DNA from: a bacterium
Lineage (GTDB): Bacteria > SM23-31
Length of the DNA stretch: 64,000 nt
Assembly (NCBI GenBank): GCA_965249485.1
Contig: OZ252239.1
Span: forward strand, 2,208,001-2,272,000
Direction: 5' to 3'
Shown here piece after piece: positions 19,007 through 28,455 of the stretch. Position 1 is the stretch's first letter. The number at the start of each line of letters is the position of its first letter. A model generated the notes under the pieces. That model ran no database searches. It worked only from the letters and a program-made list of their open reading frames with translations, and had not been told where the DNA came from. The translations under genes were made by a program, and so were the position numbers.

Positions 19007-19029
19007 AGGAACGTTCTTATTCTGTTTTA

Positions 19030-19100
19030 TGGGGAGTCGTCCAATGGCAGGACACACGGCTCTGGACCGTGGAATCGGGGTTCGAATCCCTGCTCCCCAG
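19030..19100 (+). tRNA. tRNA-Gln (anticodon CTG)
   Basis: Acceptor stem TGGGGAG/CTCCCCA, anticodon arm CACGG-CTCTGGA-CCGTG, GGTTCGAATCC T-loop. CCA is not encoded. Confidence 0.95.
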
Positions 19101-19120
19101 CAAGGTTGAGTATCAATCAT

Positions 19121-19192
19121 GGCGCATTCGTCTAGGGGTTAGGACGCCGGCCTCTCACGTCGGTAACACGGGTTCGATTCCCGTATGCGCTA
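19121..19192 (+). tRNA. tRNA-Glu (anticodon CTC)
   Basis: Acceptor stem GGCGCAT/ATGCGCT, anticodon arm CCGGC-CTCTCAC-GTCGG, GGTTCGATTCC. CCA is not encoded. Confidence 0.95.
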
Positions 19193-19204
19193 CTATAATA
19201 ATAA

Positions 19205-19232
19205 AAGGACTTAGAATTATTTCTAAGTCCTT
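19205..19232. terminator. Perfect 12-bp inverted repeat after tRNA-Glu (terminator or att-associated dyad)
   Basis: AAGGACTTAGAA-ttat-TTCTAAGTCCTT. Confidence 0.65.
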
Positions 19233-19795
19233 CTGCTACATATGTAATTAATATTCTTCACACGTTATAAGCTTGAGATAGTCATAACTTATTCTGCAAT
19301 TTATTTTTGTCTGTCTCACCATACTTTACATTTGTTCAGAACATTTTAGACAGATTTAAATCCAACATACCACAAACCAGGCTCAACCTCATTTTTTAAT
19401 TACAGCTAACCATTTATTAATAAATCACTTAACGCAACACTGTTAATGTATCAATTTAATGTACTTTTCATTAAACACACGTAATCCACGGGATAGACAC
19501 AGGTGTCAATGGGCGTATGGATAACCTTGTATGGGCAGACGTTTTCGTTAATGCAGCATTATTTTAATCACAAAACAGCCAAAATCAACGAAAATATCGA
19601 TTTTTAAGGCGTAATTTAAGAAAATCGGGAATAATCATACCCTAAGCACTCTTACATTTTAACTTTGAGAAATTCTAAGCGTATCGCTTATGAATGTTTA
19701 GTGATGTGTAAAAATTGATTACCTGGTGGTGAAGTCGATTGTACTTGTAAATGTTATATGGTTAATGTAATATTTATCGTTAATAATCAAGAGAG

Positions 19796-21229
19796 GTGAA
19801 AGTAGTGAAATCTCGAGTATTAGTATTTTTAATTTCAGTTATGTTCACTGCACCTTGTGCCAATGCGCAGCCAGGCATTCATACGGCAAAGACCGGTTCA
19901 GAGGTTCTTGATCTTATAAGAAAAGAAAAAATTGATCTTATTCTGCCGGGAGCCATGCGTGACAACAATGTAGATATGTGGATCCACGTCACCCGCCAGG
20001 GAGATCAGGATCCAATGTTTCCGGAATTTGGATCAACCTCCGGATATATGATTTTTACCGACCTGGGAGACAGGATTGAGCGGGCATCGTTTAGCAGTGG
20101 ATTTGGTGGTGTTGGCGCATTAAATTTTGATATCTATGCCTCTAAAGAACTTTCGCGTGCAATTACCGGTTATGATTATAACTCACAGGATTTTTCAGTC
20201 TATAATGAAATAACAGAATTAGTTGCCGAGCGTGATCCGAATACGATCGCAGTAAATTTTTCCGACTGGCTCGCCATAGCTGATGGAATATCGTATACTC
20301 AATATCTAAAACTAGAGAAGATCTTAGGACCTAAATATTCGAAGAGAATAGTGTCTGCAGAAAATGTAATCACAGATTTCAGATCAAGAAGGATTCTCAG
20401 GGAAGTGACACTCATGACGAATGCGCTTGAGATACATCGTCAAATTCTTGAACGTGCTTTTTCGAACGAAGTAATTACGCCGGGTGTAACGACGCGTCAG
20501 GATGTAGGTTGGTGGGTTAAGGAGGAATTTTTCAAACGGGGTTTAACAAGAGGTTTCGGCACCGAGATAAATATCCCTGGAGTTCTCTATTCGGCTGTCT
20601 CTGATCTATCCGAAACAGGCTCTCCCGACTACGTAATTCAGCGTGGAGATTTTCTACAGTTTGATAATATGGTCCGATATCTTGACTACTTTTGGACAGA
20701 TTTTAAACGTAATGCCTATATTATGAGAGAAGGGGAAGCAAATATCCCTAAGGGTATACAGCATGCTTTTAACCGAGCTTTGGAAGCTCGAAAGATTATT
20801 CGGGAACATATTAAAGTAGACAAAACCGCCGGGGAAACATTGCGAGATGTCGTTTCAGCCCTGGAAGAATCAGACTATATATATTCACCCTCTAATGATA
20901 TAGGTTCTGAAGATTATAAGATAATACAGAAAGTGCTCGCTAATACAGATAAGTCCGGATTCTCAATTGACCTGCACAGCCAGGGTAATAGAAGCGATTG
21001 GGGTAGTTTGGAACCTGTTGGACCTTCGGTTTCTCCATTCCGGTCAGATCGTGATCATTTGACAATTCAAGAAAATCATATATTTGCTCTTGAATTTAAT
21101 ATTTATACAAATATTCCGGAAAGACCCGGTTTTCCATTGTTCACTAATTTAGAAGGTATTCACATTGTATCCAGCAGGGGAGTTGAATTCCTTCATCCAC
21201 CAAATGAAAAAATATTACTGATTCATTGA
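19796..21229 (+). CDS. Secreted M24-family metallopeptidase (Xaa-Pro aminopeptidase-like), paralog 1
   Basis: Signal peptide (ANA|Q), AMRDNNVDMWI, candidate metal ligands GDFLQFD...TDFKR, LHSQG, ALE, NLEG. Confidence 0.75.
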   Translation: MKVVKSRVLVFLISVMFTAPCANAQPGIHTAKTGSEVLDLIRKEKIDLILPGAMRDNNVDMWIHVTRQGDQDPMFPEFGSTSGYMIFTDLGDRIERASFSSGFGGVGALNFDIYASKELSRAITGYDYNSQDFSVYNEITELVAERDPNTIAVNFSDWLAIADGISYTQYLKLEKILGPKYSKRIVSAENVITDFRSRRILREVTLMTNALEIHRQILERAFSNEVITPGVTTRQDVGWWVKEEFFKRGLTRGFGTEINIPGVLYSAVSDLSETGSPDYVIQRGDFLQFDNMVRYLDYFWTDFKRNAYIMREGEANIPKGIQHAFNRALEARKIIREHIKVDKTAGETLRDVVSALEESDYIYSPSNDIGSEDYKIIQKVLANTDKSGFSIDLHSQGNRSDWGSLEPVGPSVSPFRSDRDHLTIQENHIFALEFNIYTNIPERPGFPLFTNLEGIHIVSSRGVEFLHPPNEKILLIH

Positions 21230-21242
21230 GTATAAAGGTTAG

Positions 21243-21420
21243 CAAATCGTACAGCCCGTGTATTAGAATATACTTGTAAAAGTAAATTGGATACCTTACC
21301 ATTATATATCATAATTACCAATACATTCTGACGAAATATATCACATCTGAAAAAGCGTCAAATTTCACCACATACCCAATTTATTTTCTATTAGAGAATT
21401 GATATAGGGAATATCAGAAA
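21243..21420 (+). repeat. Intergenic element copy 1 (most complete)
   Basis: 5' block aligns without gaps to 23046-23103 (40/58 by hand count). 3' block 21391-21418 matches 30139-30166 at 26/28. The middle matches 28308-28419. Confidence 0.8.
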
Positions 21421-21450
21421 AATATGGCTCATTGGAATATAACCCAAAAA

Positions 21451-22942
21451 ATGAAGCAAAAAACAATGAAAGCTGAGAAAATGTTCGGGATTTTCTCCTT
21501 CGCCTTGTTACTCATAACGGATCAGCAGTTCTTTTGCTCAAGCACCTAAAGCGGGTTCAGGCAGAGATGCGGCGAATTTTATACCAATGCGGGAACGTGT
21601 CCAGATAATGCAGAAATTTTGGGAATGGAAAAGAGAGAACGTGCTTCCGACGGTCATGCGGGAACGAGGAGTAGACATGTGGATCATCCGAAATGATGAA
21701 GAGCCGCTTTACCGTTCGACCTCGTATAGAGAGCATCCGGTATTTCTCTCGTTGCTTCCGGCAAATCACGAAGGGATGGTTTACCCGAGTCAACACAGTA
21801 GTTCCCGTTCCGGAATACCCGGATTTCTGCTTTTTTACGATACTGGAAACGAGATCGAATATGTTGAGCCTAAAGATTTTGCTCATATTACAGAATTAGT
21901 AAGGAAACGGAATCCCAAAAAGATTGCGGTCAGTATGAAAAACCTTGCAATTCGGAGAGTAAATATCAGTGAAACGTCACAATATAGTATTGTTACGACT
22001 GATGAAATGACGAAAGCGTTAGGAAATAAGTACGCTTCACGGAGTGTTGATTCGTGGGAACTTGGTATTCGGTGGCTCTCGACGTTAGCCCCGGAACAGA
22101 TAAGTATATACCGCTACGTTCAGAGAGTACATAATGATATTCTTGCCGAAGCATTTTCCAATAAGGTTGTCACACCCGATGTTACAACAACAGACGATAT
22201 CAACTGGTGGCTGCGGCATAAATATTCAGATCTTCATTTAGACATAGATAACCATCCATCCATTAGTGTTACGAGAAGACCATCAAAAATTGCTGAATAT
22301 GGTTATGACCCCGATAATTTTAGAAATGGCAAGACCGGAAACGGTGTGAATGTGATTGTCAGGCGGGGAGATATCATCAATTGTGATTCGGATATAATGC
22401 TTCTCGGTGTAGAAACCGATTCTAAGCAGCACGCGTATGTGCTCCAGAAAGGCGAAGAAGATGTTCCGGAGGATCTAAAAAGGGCTCTGCCGATCGTCAA
22501 CGATATTCAGGATGAAGTCAGAAAAGAATTTAAAATGGGTCGCACCGCACAGGAGATACGCGAAGCATCGGAGATAATTCCGCGTAATCCCCGCATAATC
22601 GACATATCAAGAGATGATAATATTGTAGAAGTCGACATGGAGGATTATGGATTTCATCCTCCTCCGATGTTTATCAGAAGATTTACTGAGAATGGATTAC
22701 TGTTTTCTCGTGGAACATACGTAACGGGAATAGGCATCGGGTACAAAGAGCATCCCCTTCTTTCTCCTGCTCTCAAACTTCATTATAATACGATCTATGC
22801 ATTTGAACCGGATACACGTGTTAAAGTTGATGGATGGGACGAACACGGTGTAGAAGTTGGGATCAACCAACTTGCGATATTTACAGAAAATGGTTTAGAA
22901 TATCTTGATAGAGCAATGCTCGAGTGGCACGTCGTTAAATAA
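21451..22942 (+). CDS. M24-family peptidase-like protein; signal peptide separated from the body by a +1 frameshift near 21520 (possible pseudogene or assembly error)
   Basis: Body ORF 21587-22942 (VMRERGVDMWII, GDIINCD...TD, GFH, AFE). The upstream frame gives MKQKTMKAEKMFGIFSFALLLIT, which continues as ISSSFA|QAPK in the body frame. Confidence 0.7.
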
Positions 22943-22999
22943 GTATGTATCACCAAATCTGACTACGCTCGATAAATTTACCAAATAACGGAGCCGTAC

Positions 23000-23135
23000 A
23001 TATTTTGTTCCTTTTAACAATAAATATACGATAGAAACCGGTTCTCAAATCGTATAGAACGGGGAGCAGAATTCACGTGTAAACGCCACATGAATACTTT
23101 ACTAATTATAACTTAAGTGTCCAAATTGTTGTAAC
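23000..23135 (+). repeat. Intergenic element copy 2 (5' part)
   Basis: ATATACGATAGAA...CAAATCGTATAGAACGGGGAGCAGAATT shared with 26984-27060 and 21243-21300. Confidence 0.75.
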
Positions 23136-23155
23136 TATAAAAAGAGGTATTTAGC

Positions 23156-24526
23156 ATGATGAAATTACTTACAAAGTCTATTGTTTTTTGTTTTGTCGTG
23201 ATAATCACGTTTTGTGGGCTTGTGCTTGGTCAGGAAAGGGCACAGGATCGAAGAACATGGATCGACGAAAATACCACCACCACTGACGATCCCCGGCGTA
23301 TACCTGTCCCTCCGGGTCAGAAGGGCCCCGAAGGTACATTGGTATTAACTGGCGGTCGGATATTTGATGGGACCGGTGCGGCGGTTCGCAATGGGTCCAT
23401 TGTCATTGAACGGAACAAAATCAAAGAGATCCTTCCGCACGGTTCAACAAACTGGCCACGGAATGCTCAGGTGATTGATGTTAATGGAAAAACTATAATG
23501 CCGGGTATGATGGATCTCCATGCACATATGACCGAAGCTGAAATTGATGGGCCTACCGTTATCTCGAATGAGGCAATAAATACGCTCAATGCCGTGGAAC
23601 GTATGCGTTTTTATATTCAAGGCGGAACAACAAGTATTCGTGATCTTGCATCACATGGTGATATACCTTTCCGAATCAAAGAATTTGTTGCAGAAAATCG
23701 GATACCAGGTCCCAGGGTTTTTCCTGCCGGTCAGGTTATTACATCGACTGGCGGTCATGGTACAGAAGGTAAGCATATGAATCAACCGCTGGTCACTGCG
23801 GAAATCTCAGTGGATGGACCGGATGAGTGGCGAAAAGCGATTCGTGAACAGTTCAATAAAGGAGCAGATGTTATTAAAGTTGCAAGCCATTTTAGCCGGG
23901 AAGAGATTGCAGCAGCAGTTGATGAGGCACATGCCCTCGGTCTCAAAATCACGGCAGATGCAGAAACGTTCTATATTCAGTGGGCAGTCGAAGCAGGTGT
24001 AGATGTGATCGAGCATCCACTACCCCGAACAGATGAGACTATAAGATTAATGGCGGAAAAAGGAACACAGTCGGATCCCACAATCTTTCCATATATGAAA
24101 ATATTTGAATTATATGGAGGATATTACGGTTCGACCTCGCGCAGGTTCACTTTTACGAGGGAATCTGCTATGGAGACGTTTCGAAAATTGAAACGTGCCG
24201 GGATAAAAATGGGTGTTGGTCTTGATGTATCAGTCGATGCCATGTGGCCTGAACCTTATATACAAGAGTTGAAATATTTTGTTCAGGGAGGATACACCAT
24301 TTCGGAAGCTTTAGTTGCCGCTACAAGGGATAGCGCTGAGATTCTTGATATGGATGATAAGATAGGAACGATAGAGCCTGGTAAACTTGCTGATGTGGTA
24401 GTGATCGATGGCAGGCCGGATGTCGACCTTGATGACCTTGCAAATACAGACCTGGTTATCCGAGATGGATACATAGTTGTCAAAGATGGACGGATATTTA
24501 TTCCGCGTCACGGTCAAGAACAATAA
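23156..24526 (+). CDS. Secreted metal-dependent amidohydrolase (imidazolonepropionase/Xaa-Pro dipeptidase-like)
   Basis: MPGMMDLHAH (HxH), GADVIK, IEH, GTIEPGKLADVVV, signal peptide. Confidence 0.85.
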   Translation: MMKLLTKSIVFCFVVIITFCGLVLGQERAQDRRTWIDENTTTTDDPRRIPVPPGQKGPEGTLVLTGGRIFDGTGAAVRNGSIVIERNKIKEILPHGSTNWPRNAQVIDVNGKTIMPGMMDLHAHMTEAEIDGPTVISNEAINTLNAVERMRFYIQGGTTSIRDLASHGDIPFRIKEFVAENRIPGPRVFPAGQVITSTGGHGTEGKHMNQPLVTAEISVDGPDEWRKAIREQFNKGADVIKVASHFSREEIAAAVDEAHALGLKITADAETFYIQWAVEAGVDVIEHPLPRTDETIRLMAEKGTQSDPTIFPYMKIFELYGGYYGSTSRRFTFTRESAMETFRKLKRAGIKMGVGLDVSVDAMWPEPYIQELKYFVQGGYTISEALVAATRDSAEILDMDDKIGTIEPGKLADVVVIDGRPDVDLDDLANTDLVIRDGYIVVKDGRIFIPRHGQEQ

Positions 24527-24541
24527 TGCTGTATACATTCA

Positions 24542-24569
24542 CATACTGTACAGCCCGGGGAGTATAATT
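24542..24569 (+). repeat. Intergenic element copy 3 (short core)
   Basis: CATACTGTACAGCCCGGGGAGTATAATT combines GTACAGCCCG of copy 1 with GGGGAG of copy 2. Confidence 0.6.
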
Positions 24570-24630
24570 TTTTATTGAATCTATATACATTTCGTAAAAT
24601 CATCAACAAGAATCACAAGAGGAGCAAGAA

Positions 24631-26055
24631 ATGATATTTCGAATCATAGTTATCATACTATCTGTGATTTTCACAACACCTATTGCCAAAGCACAACCGG
24701 GTGTACATACTGCAAAAACCGGTTCTGAAGTTCTCCGACTGATTCGGAATGAAAAACTTGACCTTATTCTTCCCGGAGCCATGCGCGACAATAATGTTGA
24801 CATGTGGATCCATGTCACTCGTCAGGGAGCACCTGATACAATGGCACCGGAATTCGGAATAACCTTCGGCTATCTGGTTTTTACCGATCTTGGGGACAGG
24901 ATCGAACGGGCTATTTTTGGTAATGCAGGAGCTGTTGAAAATATTGATGTTCGTGGATCTAACGAATTTTCACGAGCTATTTCCAGTTATCATTATGGAT
25001 ATCGTATGTTAGAAGGGTATGGTGATGAAGTTTACGACGAATTTACAGAATTCGTTGCCGAACGTGATCCAAAAACGATCGCTGTTAATACATCCGATTG
25101 GCTCGCGATAGCAGATGGGATTTCATATTCTGCTTATCAAAAATTAGAAAAAATATTAGGTCCCAAATATTCTGCAAGAATTGTCTCTGCGGAGAATGTC
25201 ATTACAGATTTCCGGTCGAGAAGAATTCTCAGGGAAGTGACACTCATGACGAATGCCTTGGAATTACATCGACAAATTCAGGAAAGGGCACTATCTAATG
25301 AAGTAATTGTACCGGGTGTAACAACCCGGGAAGATGTAGGATGGTGGGTGCGGGAGCAGTTTTTTAAGCGAATGCATGTCGAGGCCAGAGAAAATAGAAC
25401 GGATTTTCCCGGAGTACTTTATTCTGCTGTTTCGGATGAATCCGAGACACGTTCTCGCCAATACGTATTACAACGCGGTGATTTTCTGTCCTTTGATGTC
25501 GGATTACGATATTTGGACTATCTCGAGACAGATTATAAACGTAATGCATATATTATGAGGGAGGGAGAGACAAGTGTCCCTGCAGGTCTACAACATGCCT
25601 ATGATCGTGCGATTGCTGCACGTTCTATCATTAGACAGCAAATAAAAGTTGGTAAAACCGCCGAACGAACATTAAGCGATGTCGTCAAAGCACTGGAAGA
25701 AGCACATTACATATATACACCTTTTAGCAATAGAGGGCAAAAAAATTATGAACAAGTACAGAGAGCATTAGCAAATACTGATCAATCAAGTTTTTCCATT
25801 GACCTTCACAGTCAGGGTCAAAATAACGGCACCGCGGTGACAGTTGGACCCTCTGCTACCCCATTCCGGTTAGACCGTGCTCATTTAAGGATTGCGGAAA
25901 ATCATATTTTTTCTCTCGAATTTATGGTAAATACGAACCTTCCTGAAAAACCAGGTTATCCGCTTATTATTAATATAGAAGGTAATCACATTGTATCCAG
26001 TCGCGGAGTCGAATTTCTTCATCCACCAAATGAAAAAATTCTATTGATCCATTGA
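24631..26055 (+). CDS. Secreted M24-family metallopeptidase, close paralog of 19796-21229
   Basis: Colinear with paralog 1; identical C-terminus HIVSSRGVEFLHPPNEKILLIH. Confidence 0.78.
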   Translation: MIFRIIVIILSVIFTTPIAKAQPGVHTAKTGSEVLRLIRNEKLDLILPGAMRDNNVDMWIHVTRQGAPDTMAPEFGITFGYLVFTDLGDRIERAIFGNAGAVENIDVRGSNEFSRAISSYHYGYRMLEGYGDEVYDEFTEFVAERDPKTIAVNTSDWLAIADGISYSAYQKLEKILGPKYSARIVSAENVITDFRSRRILREVTLMTNALELHRQIQERALSNEVIVPGVTTREDVGWWVREQFFKRMHVEARENRTDFPGVLYSAVSDESETRSRQYVLQRGDFLSFDVGLRYLDYLETDYKRNAYIMREGETSVPAGLQHAYDRAIAARSIIRQQIKVGKTAERTLSDVVKALEEAHYIYTPFSNRGQKNYEQVQRALANTDQSSFSIDLHSQGQNNGTAVTVGPSATPFRLDRAHLRIAENHIFSLEFMVNTNLPEKPGYPLIINIEGNHIVSSRGVEFLHPPNEKILLIH

Positions 26056-26088
26056 GCTTAGAGTAAACGAAATGAAGGAGGCTCTATT

Positions 26089-26976
26089 ATGTCTACTCGA
26101 CAAGTTTTATGCACGATTCTTTTTTTGCCCTTATTTCTGAGTTTTTGTAGTTCAGAAACTGCTGAATCAGTATCGACTGATACAGCAAAGACCCATTATG
26201 GGGGATGTATCATGCTTGCACGAGCAACCGCAGCACCAGCTAATCTGTATTTAAATACTGTCATCGTCCCTACAGACGAATACCCGCCATTCACAAAAAA
26301 AGTCACGGTTTATGGCTATACCCTGGTTGGCCGGGATGACATTACAGATGACTTTATGCTGAGAGTCGCTCAGACAATCACTGAGATTTTTCCGCAGGGC
26401 GGCTCTATCGACAGTGCACTTCAGGAGGAATTTATCAGGAATATGTATGAGTACAATGCATTGATTCCTCTCTATAAAGGAAGTGATCGTATCACTTCTC
26501 CCGAAGGTCAGGCGGCGTGGAATGTTACAAGAAGTCAGAACAGTGTATGCGACGTAATAATGGAACGTGAAGGACGACAGGTGATGGAAGTAATAGAACA
26601 CATCTTACACTATGCAAATGATGTAGGACTTCACTACACATTTCCCGATGAGTGGTCTGTTACAGTCGATTCACAGCTTTATCAGTTCATGCTGGAGGCT
26701 GTTGAAAAAGGGTATTATAACATAAGTTCTTATGACCGGATCGAAGACGAAGAACGCCGGATAAGGGTCTCACTGCAGGAATTCGGTTATTGGGTCATTT
26801 CCACCGTATGGGACCTCCAGGAAACTTTTGGGCCGGGAGGTGACGAGTGGACGATCAAGAATAGTGCTGATTTACAGGCTAAAATGCCTCTACTGTATGA
26901 AATGTATGAACAGTCCGCTTCGAAAATCATGGTATCGCCCGGTAGCTCACTGCTTAGTGAGTTATTCGGTATTTGA
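26089..26976 (+). CDS. Hypothetical protein, probable lipoprotein
   Basis: Hydrophobic N-terminus ending LSF-C; EVIEHILH and QEFGYW motifs; no family recognised with confidence. Confidence 0.65.
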   Translation: MSTRQVLCTILFLPLFLSFCSSETAESVSTDTAKTHYGGCIMLARATAAPANLYLNTVIVPTDEYPPFTKKVTVYGYTLVGRDDITDDFMLRVAQTITEIFPQGGSIDSALQEEFIRNMYEYNALIPLYKGSDRITSPEGQAAWNVTRSQNSVCDVIMEREGRQVMEVIEHILHYANDVGLHYTFPDEWSVTVDSQLYQFMLEAVEKGYYNISSYDRIEDEERRIRVSLQEFGYWVISTVWDLQETFGPGGDEWTIKNSADLQAKMPLLYEMYEQSASKIMVSPGSSLLSELFGI

Positions 26977-26983
26977 CGGGGTA

Positions 26984-27130
26984 ATATTTGTTATTTATGA
27001 TTATATATATACGATAGAATCAAGCTCGCAAATCATACATACCATGGAGCAGAAAATACTTGGAATTGCTCAATGTAAATCTTAACTTTTAACCCAATCA
27101 CTGCAACATGTTCTAACAACGTACAATAAA
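26984..27130 (+). repeat. Intergenic element copy 4
   Basis: ATATACGATAGAATC...CAAATCATACATACCATGGAGCAGAA, plus CAACATGTTCTAACAACGTACA matching CAATACATTCTGACGAAATATA of copy 1. Confidence 0.7.
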
Positions 27131-27178
27131 AAATAACATTTCTATAAAATCCATTCTTAATTCCTCGGAGGTTTATCT

Positions 27179-28228
27179 ATGGAGTATAGATCGCTTGGTC
27201 GCACTGGTCTGGAAGTCTCTTGTATAGCTTTTGGGACGGATAATTTCCTCGACCCGACACCAGAAAAAGAATCGACTCAAATGCTCAACACGGCATTGGA
27301 TGCGGGTATCAATTTTATGGACACTGGGGACTGCTATGCAGACGGTGAAGCGGAGAAAATGATAGGGCGTGCGCTGAAGGATAATGGTCGCCGTCAAGAT
27401 GTGATTTTGTCAACAAAGGTTGAAAGCGGCACACAAACTCTTTTGAGCATTCCGGGACAGTCTCTTGACGACCATGTGCCGGAAGTGGCTCATAATAGAC
27501 ATGGTCTCTCGAGCTACAATATCATCCGGGCCTGTGAAAATTCGTTAAAAAGTTTTCAGACCGATTATATAGATCTGTTATTCCTTCACCGTATGGAACC
27601 GCATATACCAATTGACGAGACTTTGAGCGCTCTGGATTCTCTTATCCGTTCGGGCAAGATTCGCTATATCGGCTGCTCAACATTCCCTGCATGGGCGATT
27701 ATGGATTCTATTATGATAAGCAAGGAATTCGGTTACAAAAGGTTTGTTGCTGAACAACCGCCTTATAATCTCCTTGATCGACGAATCGAGAACGAGTTGA
27801 TACCGTTGGCATTGCGGCATGGTATCGGTATTGTCACGTACGTGCCTATGGGAATGGGAGTTCTTGCGGGCAGATATCTTGATGCAACAAACCTTCCCAA
27901 GGACTCACGAGCCGTATACAGGGGCGGATTCTATAAGGACCGTGTCACCGAAGCAGGCATTAAAGTGGGGATCGAGTTCGCGAAAATTGCCGATCGAATT
28001 GGCATCACCCCGGCACAATTAGCGGTTCTCTGGGTAAAAGATCAGCCCGGTATTACTGCGCCGCTCATGGGGCCGCGTACAATGAAACATCTCGAGGATA
28101 TCCTGCCGGTTGCCGATATGTATCTCGACGACGAAACACGAAAAGCATGTGATGATTTGGTGCCGCCCGGCAGCGTCGTGTCTGACTTTCACAATACATC
28201 AGGCTGGATGAAAATGAAAGTGCTGTAA
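27179..28228 (+). CDS. Aldo/keto reductase
   Basis: MEYRSLGRTGLEVS, GINFMDTGDCY, STK, TDYIDLLFLH, GKIRYIGCS, QPPYNLL. Confidence 0.92.
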   Translation: MEYRSLGRTGLEVSCIAFGTDNFLDPTPEKESTQMLNTALDAGINFMDTGDCYADGEAEKMIGRALKDNGRRQDVILSTKVESGTQTLLSIPGQSLDDHVPEVAHNRHGLSSYNIIRACENSLKSFQTDYIDLLFLHRMEPHIPIDETLSALDSLIRSGKIRYIGCSTFPAWAIMDSIMISKEFGYKRFVAEQPPYNLLDRRIENELIPLALRHGIGIVTYVPMGMGVLAGRYLDATNLPKDSRAVYRGGFYKDRVTEAGIKVGIEFAKIADRIGITPAQLAVLWVKDQPGITAPLMGPRTMKHLEDILPVADMYLDDETRKACDDLVPPGSVVSDFHNTSGWMKMKVL

Positions 28229-28239
28229 TTTTTAAGCAA

Positions 28240-28419
28240 CTGCACATCGACAGAACAATTCCGAAGAATTTTCATCATATGAATCGTAATCGAAGCTCAA
28301 CTCTATTTATATCATACATATCCAACACATCCTGACCACGTATACTACATAAAAAAGCGTCATATTTCAATCCAACCTCAATGTATACTCTTTGTGAAAG
28401 TTGATAGGGAGAAAATCAG
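28240..28419 (+). repeat. Intergenic element copy 5
   Basis: TATATCATA...CAACACATCCTGAC...AAAAAGCGTCATATTTCA...TTGATAGGGAGAAAATCAG is colinear with the middle and 3' part of copy 1; the 5' part is degenerate. Confidence 0.75.
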
Positions 28420-28455
28420 TAACCTTAGATAAAATCTAAAATGGAGGTTTGAACT

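Noticed and set aside
19069..19251. 60-aa ORF from the ORF track
   Set aside because: It overlaps both tRNA genes.
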